Assembly: GCA_934096815.1 (NCBI GenBank)
Contig: CAKOMY010000002.1
Span: 9,546 to 73,545 of the forward strand
DNA length: 64,000 nt
Reading direction: 5' to 3'
Origin: an uncultured Bacilli bacterium
GTDB lineage: Bacteria; Bacillota_I; Bacilli_A; RF39; UBA660
A program made the translations under genes and the position numbers. Positions 58,007-64,000 of the stretch are shown here, one piece after another. Numbering within the stretch: the first letter of the stretch is position 1; each line of letters opens with the position of its first letter. The notes under the pieces were generated by a model, which did not search any database, was not told where the DNA came from, and was given only the letters and a program-made list of their open reading frames with translations.

Positions 58007-58699
58007 GTGAAAGATTCAAAAAGTAAAATTATGTCAGGAATTTTGGTTTTAATAATAATATTTCTAATAGCAGCCTTAGTATATTTTGTATTACAAAATA
58101 ATAAATTAGAGAGGAAAATTACAAGTAATACAACCTCTGTAAGCAGTGATAATTCTTCATCTAATCAAAAAAATTCAATTTCAATTAACCAACCATTAGT
58201 TATAAGAGATATTGATTCTTTTATTTATGATAATGGATTATGTAATGATTCAAAATCAAATACAATAGACGCTGATAATAACTCTTATAAATTAAATTTT
58301 AAATTTTTAGGCATAAAAAAAGAAGATGATGAGGAATTATGTTCAATTATAGTAGATGATAAATTAAATTTTACATTTGGTTACATTACACAAAATGCAA
58401 TTCATATCATTAAAACCGACAAATATTATATTGTAGAAAGTGAGTTTGGAGGAACAAGACAATATTCATTTATAATATATGATATCAATGGAAAAAAAGT
58501 ATATAGTGAAGATAGTTGCACAAATGTTTTTGGGTATTCATATGTAGAAAATGGCATATATTATTACAATTGCTATGTTGAAATAGATGATCAACATGAT
58601 CGATTATACCATAAATCAATTGATTTAAATAAAAATACAATAATTAGTAAAGGTGATGATATTGGATATATTATAGATAAATTACCACAAGCATATTAA
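58007..58699 (+). CDS. Hypothetical exported protein (N-terminal TM/signal anchor)
   Basis: 230 aa; N-terminal hydrophobic helix then S/N-rich linker. Confidence 0.3.
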   Translation: MKDSKSKIMSGILVLIIIFLIAALVYFVLQNNKLERKITSNTTSVSSDNSSSNQKNSISINQPLVIRDIDSFIYDNGLCNDSKSNTIDADNNSYKLNFKFLGIKKEDDEELCSIIVDDKLNFTFGYITQNAIHIIKTDKYYIVESEFGGTRQYSFIIYDINGKKVYSEDSCTNVFGYSYVENGIYYYNCYVEIDDQHDRLYHKSIDLNKNTIISKGDDIGYIIDKLPQAY

Positions 58700-58796
58700 A
58701 AAGAATTAAATAAGAATTAAATAAAAAGTTAAAAGTTAGTGAAAACTATCTTTTTTTATGGTAATATTTAAATAGATATAAAGAAGAGTGATTATT

Positions 58797-59723
58797 GTGA
58801 AAGATTTAAGAGTTGTATTTATGGGAAGTCCTTCCTTTAGTGTTCCTGTCCTTGAAGAATTAAATAAAAATGTAAATGTTGTAGGAGTTGTTACAGCACC
58901 TGATGCATATGTAGGTAGAAAAAAAATTCTTACAATGTGCCCTGTTAAAGAGAAAGCTGTTGGTCTAGGATTAAAAGTTTATAGTCCGATTAAATTAAGA
59001 AGTGATTTTGAATTTATTAAAGAACTCAATCCAGATATGATTATTACTTGTGCTTATGGTCAAATATTAAGTGAAGAAATATTAAATATTCCTAAATTAG
59101 GATGTTTTAATTTACATGGTAGTTTACTTCCTAAATATCGAGGTGGTGCCCCAATTCATTATGCTCTATTAAACGGTGATGAAAAAACAGGAATCACTTT
59201 AATGTATATGGATAAAGGTATGGATTCTGGTGACATGATTGCCAAAGAAGAAATTAAAATAGAAGATAATGATAATATTGAGTCATTAACAAGTAAGTTA
59301 AGTATAATTGCTTCTAAGATGATAATAAAATATTTACCTAGTTTAATTGATGGAACTAATAATAGAGTAAAACAAGACATTAATAAAGTTACTTTCTCAC
59401 CAATTATTACAAGAGAAGATGAACATTTAGATTTTAATTTAACAGCTAAAGAAATTTATAATCGATATCGTATGTTAAGTCCAAATCCACTTCCAAATAT
59501 TAAAATAGATAATATAGAATATAAAATAGCAGAATGTAAAATAGTTGATGCAAGTGGTAAAGTAAGTACAGTTGTAAGTAAGGATAAAAATTCATTTACA
59601 ATTATGGCAAAAGATAAAGGGATAATGGTTTCAAAAATTAAACCTATTGGTAAAAATATAATGAACGTTAGAGATTTCTTTAATGGTTATCATGAAGAGA
59701 TAATAGGCAAAGAGGTTAAGTAA
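58797..59723 (+). CDS. fmt: Methionyl-tRNA formyltransferase
   Basis: VFMGSPSFSVPVLEEL... HGSLLPKYRGGAPIHYALLNGDEKTGITLMYMDKGMDSGDM (SLLP/formyl-transferase active-site block); GTG 58797 has good RBS spacing. Confidence 0.8.
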   Translation: MKDLRVVFMGSPSFSVPVLEELNKNVNVVGVVTAPDAYVGRKKILTMCPVKEKAVGLGLKVYSPIKLRSDFEFIKELNPDMIITCAYGQILSEEILNIPKLGCFNLHGSLLPKYRGGAPIHYALLNGDEKTGITLMYMDKGMDSGDMIAKEEIKIEDNDNIESLTSKLSIIASKMIIKYLPSLIDGTNNRVKQDINKVTFSPIITREDEHLDFNLTAKEIYNRYRMLSPNPLPNIKIDNIEYKIAECKIVDASGKVSTVVSKDKNSFTIMAKDKGIMVSKIKPIGKNIMNVRDFFNGYHEEIIGKEVK

Positions 59724-60274
59724 TGAATGATTTAGTAAGTTTATGGAATGATCCTAAATATAAAAATATTATTAAACTTATTTTATGGTTTATCTTTATA
59801 ATCTTCGTATTTTGTTTAGCTTTATTTTCTAATCGAAATAAGGTTATAAATAAAGAAAATATTCCTATAGAAAATAATAATATAATAAAAATTCATAATA
59901 AAAGTGTAAATATAAAATATCAAATAGATGATTACAAAATAGATGGAAATTATAGTGATAAAATATTTAAAGGAACAGTTATCTATCAAGATGGAACTAC
60001 GTATCAAATAAAATATGAAAATGATAGTCTTGTTAAGGATGATAATAATGGGGATTTCCTAGTTATTAGTATCGAAACAAGATATTTAGATCCTAATTAT
60101 ATAAGTGAAATATTTAATAGTAGTAAACCAACTATTTTAGAAGAAAATAAAAGTTATTTATATAATATTGATGGAACAACTTATTACGTATATATAAATG
60201 AAAATAATAGTTATAAAATAAGAATTATTAAATATGATAAAGAGGGAATATTAGAATATCAATATTTAGAATAG
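59723..60274 (+). CDS. Hypothetical membrane-anchored protein
   Basis: 183 aa, N-terminal TM, start codon overlapping the fmt stop. Confidence 0.3.
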   Translation: MNDLVSLWNDPKYKNIIKLILWFIFIIFVFCLALFSNRNKVINKENIPIENNNIIKIHNKSVNIKYQIDDYKIDGNYSDKIFKGTVIYQDGTTYQIKYENDSLVKDDNNGDFLVISIETRYLDPNYISEIFNSSKPTILEENKSYLYNIDGTTYYVYINENNSYKIRIIKYDKEGILEYQYLE

Positions 60275-60285
60275 TCTGGTGAAAT

Positions 60286-61023
60286 ATGAAAAATAAATTG
60301 ATTATTGTTAATTTAATTACAATTAGTAGATTAATTGGAACGATTATGTTTCCTATATTTGTAAATATTATACCTACAACCGGATTAATAATATATTTAT
60401 TATTACTTTTACTAACTGACCTTATTGATGGTATTTTAGCAAGAAATTGGAAAGTTAGTACCATATTTGGTGCATTACTTGATGCAACAGCAGACAAAAT
60501 GTTTGGAATATCTACAATGCTTGTTGTGTCAATGAAATATCCTATAATGTTTTTACCAATATTAACCGAAATAATTATTACGAGTGTAAATATTTGTGGA
60601 GCTAATCATGGAAGTGGATTAGAAAGTTCTAACTTGGGTAAATTCAAGACTTGGATATTCGGACTTGGAACGTTTATTTCATTTCTAACTATTTATGCAA
60701 ATGATTTATTGTTAGTAGCAAATAGTATTAAGTGGTTAAATAATATTTTTGACTATTTAATTAATAATAGTTCTTTAGTAGTATCTTATATGGCATTTAT
60801 TATGATGGGTGCAGATATAATGGTTACATTTGATTATCAAGCTAAAGTAAAAGAAGCAGTAAAAAATGCAAAAAAAGAAGGAATAAAAAGAAAAAATTAT
60901 AAATTAAAAAAAGGTAATGATTTAAAGTTTGCTTTATTTAATCATAATTATTATATAGAAACTAAAAAAATGCCTTTATTAATCAGATTAGGTAAGGAGT
61001 GTAAAAATGAAAGAAAAAATTAA
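60286..61023 (+). CDS. CDP-alcohol phosphatidyltransferase family protein
   Basis: DLIDGILARNWKVSTIFGALLDATADK fits D-G-x2-A-R-x8-G-x3-D-x3-D. Confidence 0.65.
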   Translation: MKNKLIIVNLITISRLIGTIMFPIFVNIIPTTGLIIYLLLLLLTDLIDGILARNWKVSTIFGALLDATADKMFGISTMLVVSMKYPIMFLPILTEIIITSVNICGANHGSGLESSNLGKFKTWIFGLGTFISFLTIYANDLLLVANSIKWLNNIFDYLINNSSLVVSYMAFIMMGADIMVTFDYQAKVKEAVKNAKKEGIKRKNYKLKKGNDLKFALFNHNYYIETKKMPLLIRLGKECKNERKN

Positions 61024-62242
61024 AGAAAATAAATATTATCAACTAGGATTAACCATATTTATGGTAATAGGAGCTTGTATATTACTTACATTTATAATAT
61101 TTAATATAGATAAGATATGGAAATTTTTAGGAACAATAGTGGGATTGTTTAGTCCATTTATTATTGGATTTGTATTTGCTTATTTATTAAATCCAATAGT
61201 TATATTTTTTAAGAAAAATGTTTTTGATAAATTTGTAAAAAAAGATAAAGTAGCTAATAATTTAAGTTTACTTACTACTTGTGTTATCTTTTTAACACTT
61301 GCAATTGTATTGTTTAATAGTATTATTCCGGCACTTTTAAAGAGTATTCAATCACTAGTTGTTAATATGCCAACATATATTAAAGATATAAAAGATTATT
61401 TAATTGCTACAACTGACTCAAGTGGACTTGCTGATACAATAAACGCTAATTATAGTACTATTAATGAAAGTTTAAATAGTATGATGAATAATTTTCTTCC
61501 TAAATTAGAGGATATGATTACAATAGTATCTAATGGACTATTTGGTGCAGTTAAAGTAGTGTTTAAAATATTTATGGGATTTGTTATTTCTATTTATTAT
61601 TTATCTGATAAGGACAACTTTGTTGCGGGAACTAAGAAGATCATTTATAGTATCTTTGGGGTAAAAGTGGCTAATCATATTATGGATAATGCTAGACACA
61701 CTAACGATATATTTGGTAACTTTATTGTTGGTAAATTACTTGATGGTTTTACAATTGGATTTATTACATGTATATTTCTAACTATTTTAGGTTTTAGTGA
61801 TTATGCTTTATTAATTGGCGTTACAGTTGGTTTAACAAATATGATTCCTTATTTTGGCCCATATATTGGAACTATACCTAGTGCTTTATTAATCCTTATG
61901 GATGAAGTACATGGCGGAGGTAAAATGTGTATTATATTTATTATATTTATAATCGCATTACAACAAATTGATAGTTATGTTATTGAACCAAAATTATGTG
62001 GATCTAAAACGGGTCTAAAATCATTCTGGGTACTTGCATCTATTTTATTCTTTGGTGATGCTTTTGGAATTATTGGTTTATTACTAGGTGTACCAGTATT
62101 TGCATTAATTTATGGATATGTCCATAATTTAATTACAATTAGATTAGAAGAAAAGAATTTACCAAGTGAAACTAAAGATTATATTGACTTAGAAAGAATT
62201 AATAGTAAAACTCATGCAGTTGTTAAATTAAGTGATAAATAA
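61007..62242 (+). CDS. AI-2E family transporter (UPF0118/PF01594)
   Basis: 8 TM architecture with the family-typical NMIPYFGPYIGTIPSALLIL block. Confidence 0.65.
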   Translation: MKEKIKENKYYQLGLTIFMVIGACILLTFIIFNIDKIWKFLGTIVGLFSPFIIGFVFAYLLNPIVIFFKKNVFDKFVKKDKVANNLSLLTTCVIFLTLAIVLFNSIIPALLKSIQSLVVNMPTYIKDIKDYLIATTDSSGLADTINANYSTINESLNSMMNNFLPKLEDMITIVSNGLFGAVKVVFKIFMGFVISIYYLSDKDNFVAGTKKIIYSIFGVKVANHIMDNARHTNDIFGNFIVGKLLDGFTIGFITCIFLTILGFSDYALLIGVTVGLTNMIPYFGPYIGTIPSALLILMDEVHGGGKMCIIFIIFIIALQQIDSYVIEPKLCGSKTGLKSFWVLASILFFGDAFGIIGLLLGVPVFALIYGYVHNLITIRLEEKNLPSETKDYIDLERINSKTHAVVKLSDK

Positions 62243-62339
62243 AATTAAGATGGGTTTAATGACAATCCGTCTTTTTTGTTGTGATATGAATTATTATATG
62301 TTATTCTTTAGATAGAAAAGTAGGGATGAGATTAGTTTT

Positions 62340-63230
62340 ATGAAATATTTTAAATTATATTGGTTACATATTTTATATTTTATACTATTTTTATCATTTA
62401 TAGTTGTAAGTGTTAAAAGTGTAGTTATCACGCAAATTAATCAGTTAGAATATCTTAAAGAATCGTATAGTAAACATTGTATGGATATTACTGAAGAGAA
62501 AAGAAATGCTTGTGAAGAATGGAAAATTGAAATTGAAAATGGTGGTAATTCAGGATTTTTGTTATATCAAGAAACAATTACTAATAAATATTTTCCAAAA
62601 GGTATTATGCAAGTTTTACTTATACTCATTCCATCATGCTATTTTATAACAAAATATTTTAGAGAAAGAATAATACTTTATGAAAACAATAGAAGAGGTT
62701 ATGCTAATAATTTATTAAGAGTATTTAAAAATAGTTATATTTTAGCATTAATTCCTTCTATTATTTTACTTTTTGTTTTCTTATTTTATTATAAATATAC
62801 TGGTGGATTTAACATAATGGATTATGAGGTTAATTCAATTGGTTGGAGTTATATTACTAAGCCTTGGTTATTTATATTAGTTTATTTAATTAATTTGACT
62901 CTAACTAATTTAATATATATAAATATAAGTATATTAGTTTCTAGAAAATATCATAATTATTTTATATCAGTTATATTGTCATTTTTAGTAACAGTTGGAT
63001 TACAGTTATTTTTAGAAATAGTTATGGATGGAATAATTTGTGGTATTATATTGCATAGTGAATTTGGAATTATTTTTAATATAATAAACGCTATACCTTT
63101 TAATGATTCATATGGATTAGTATGGCCTCTTGTGTTTAGTTTAAGTATGAATTTAATAATTATATTTATTATTTATTTAGTTTATAAAAATAAAGAAAAA
63201 TTAATAATAGATTGTGAAAAAAATAGTTAG
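62340..63230 (+). CDS. Polytopic membrane protein, possible ABC-2-type permease partner
   Basis: 296 aa, 6+ TM helices, directly upstream of an ABC ATPase gene. Confidence 0.3.
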   Translation: MKYFKLYWLHILYFILFLSFIVVSVKSVVITQINQLEYLKESYSKHCMDITEEKRNACEEWKIEIENGGNSGFLLYQETITNKYFPKGIMQVLLILIPSCYFITKYFRERIILYENNRRGYANNLLRVFKNSYILALIPSIILLFVFLFYYKYTGGFNIMDYEVNSIGWSYITKPWLFILVYLINLTLTNLIYINISILVSRKYHNYFISVILSFLVTVGLQLFLEIVMDGIICGIILHSEFGIIFNIINAIPFNDSYGLVWPLVFSLSMNLIIIFIIYLVYKNKEKLIIDCEKNS

Positions 63231-63238
63231 GAGTTTAT

Positions 63239-63877
63239 ATGATTATAGAATGTAAAAATATTATTAAGAAATTTGATAATAGCTTAATTATAAAAGGAAT
63301 TAATTATAAATTTGAAGAAGGAAAAATTTATGGATTATATGGATTAAATGGAAGTGGAAAGAGTGTTTTTCTTAAATTAATATGTGGATTTTATATTCCT
63401 ACTTTAGGAGAAATTTTATATAATGGAATAAATTTAAATAATAAAAAAGAATTTTGTAATGAGATTAGAGCATTAATAGAGAAGCCATCATTTTTTTCAG
63501 ATTTAAGTGGATATGAAAATTTAAAACTTCTTGCTAATATACAGAAAAAAATTAGTGATAAAGAAATACTAGAAGCTTTAGAAATTGTTAATTTAACAAG
63601 TGAAAAAGATAAAAAATATTGTAAATATTCTCTAGGAATGAAACAAAAGTTAGGAATTGCACAAGCAATTATGGAAAAAACTAAATTTATAGTTTTAGAT
63701 GAACCATTTAATGGTATTGAAAGAGAAACAGTTACAAGGATAAAAGATTATTTAAAATCATTAAAAGATAAAGGTGTAACAATTATTATAAGTTCTCATA
63801 TTAAAGAAGATTTAAATGAATTAGTAGATGAAATGATTTATTTTGAAGATGGAGAAATTTTAAGTGAAGCAAATTAA
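63239..63877 (+). CDS. ABC transporter ATP-binding protein
   Basis: Walker A GLNGSGKS, signature YSLGMKQKLGIAQA, Walker B FIVLDEPFNGIE, H-loop SSHIKED. Confidence 0.75.
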   Translation: MIIECKNIIKKFDNSLIIKGINYKFEEGKIYGLYGLNGSGKSVFLKLICGFYIPTLGEILYNGINLNNKKEFCNEIRALIEKPSFFSDLSGYENLKLLANIQKKISDKEILEALEIVNLTSEKDKKYCKYSLGMKQKLGIAQAIMEKTKFIVLDEPFNGIERETVTRIKDYLKSLKDKGVTIIISSHIKEDLNELVDEMIYFEDGEILSEAN

Positions 63878-64000
63878 GGAACATTTTAATAATAAAAATA
63901 ATTTCATTGTGTTTTTAATAATATTTATTGGGATAATGTGTCCTTTATTTTCGGGAAAATTAGAATTTAATTTTTGGACAAATATGAATGATGTTTTAAC

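Overview
Very AT-rich (about 25% GC) low-GC Gram-positive chromosome segment, Clostridia-like by gene content. The + strand is dominant. Housekeeping genes form the backbone: CPBP protease, mtaB-like radical-SAM methylthiotransferase, an [FeFe] hydrogenase, murG, ftsQ/divIB, queH, a pseudopilin, ftsY-ylxM, deoD, an M16 peptidase pair, tmcAL, fmt, a CDP-alcohol phosphatidyltransferase, an AI-2E transporter and an ABC ATPase. Several accessory modules are embedded. (1) A four-member family of about 450-520 aa secreted proteins (one copy at 9.7 kb, three in tandem at 23.3-28.4 kb). Each has a TasA/camelysin-like SipW-cognate-type N-terminal signal region, a conserved N-domain and a mosaic variable C-domain. 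Each is driven by a near-identical consensus sigma-A promoter (TTGACG, 16 nt, TATAAT) that contains a G7 homopolymer, so phase or antigenic variation is suspected. (2) Two tandem 649-aa paralogous sigma-70-family proteins with large N- and C-terminal extensions sit immediately after ftsY-ylxM, where ffh would be expected. (3) A tandem duplication of tmcAL plus a degenerate ImmA/IrrE-like gene. (4) A dockerin-bearing secreted protein next to a membrane-anchored putative cohesin-like protein. (5) A 33-bp x3.5 tandem repeat and a small hydrophobic peptide gene. (6) A sortase-dependent pilus island: signal peptidase, vWA tip adhesin, LPETG backbone pilin, class C sortase, minor pilin and a second sortase. 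(7) An AbiL-like two-gene defence module (AAA_21 ATPase plus RloB-like protein) next to a tRNA-like 81-nt element. (8) A galactofuranose-type capsule/exopolysaccharide locus: priming sugar transferase, GT4-GT4 fusion, Wzy-like protein, GT2, DUF4422, glf, pyruvyl transferase and Wzx. (9) A decay zone holding an ImmA(HEXXH) fragment and an AAA ATPase remnant, then duplicated Rpn(YhgA)-family units that each carry a conserved leader with a 19-aa mini-ORF. Coordinates follow the supplied ORF track unless an RBS-supported internal start was preferred. All functional calls rest on motif-level reading without database searches.
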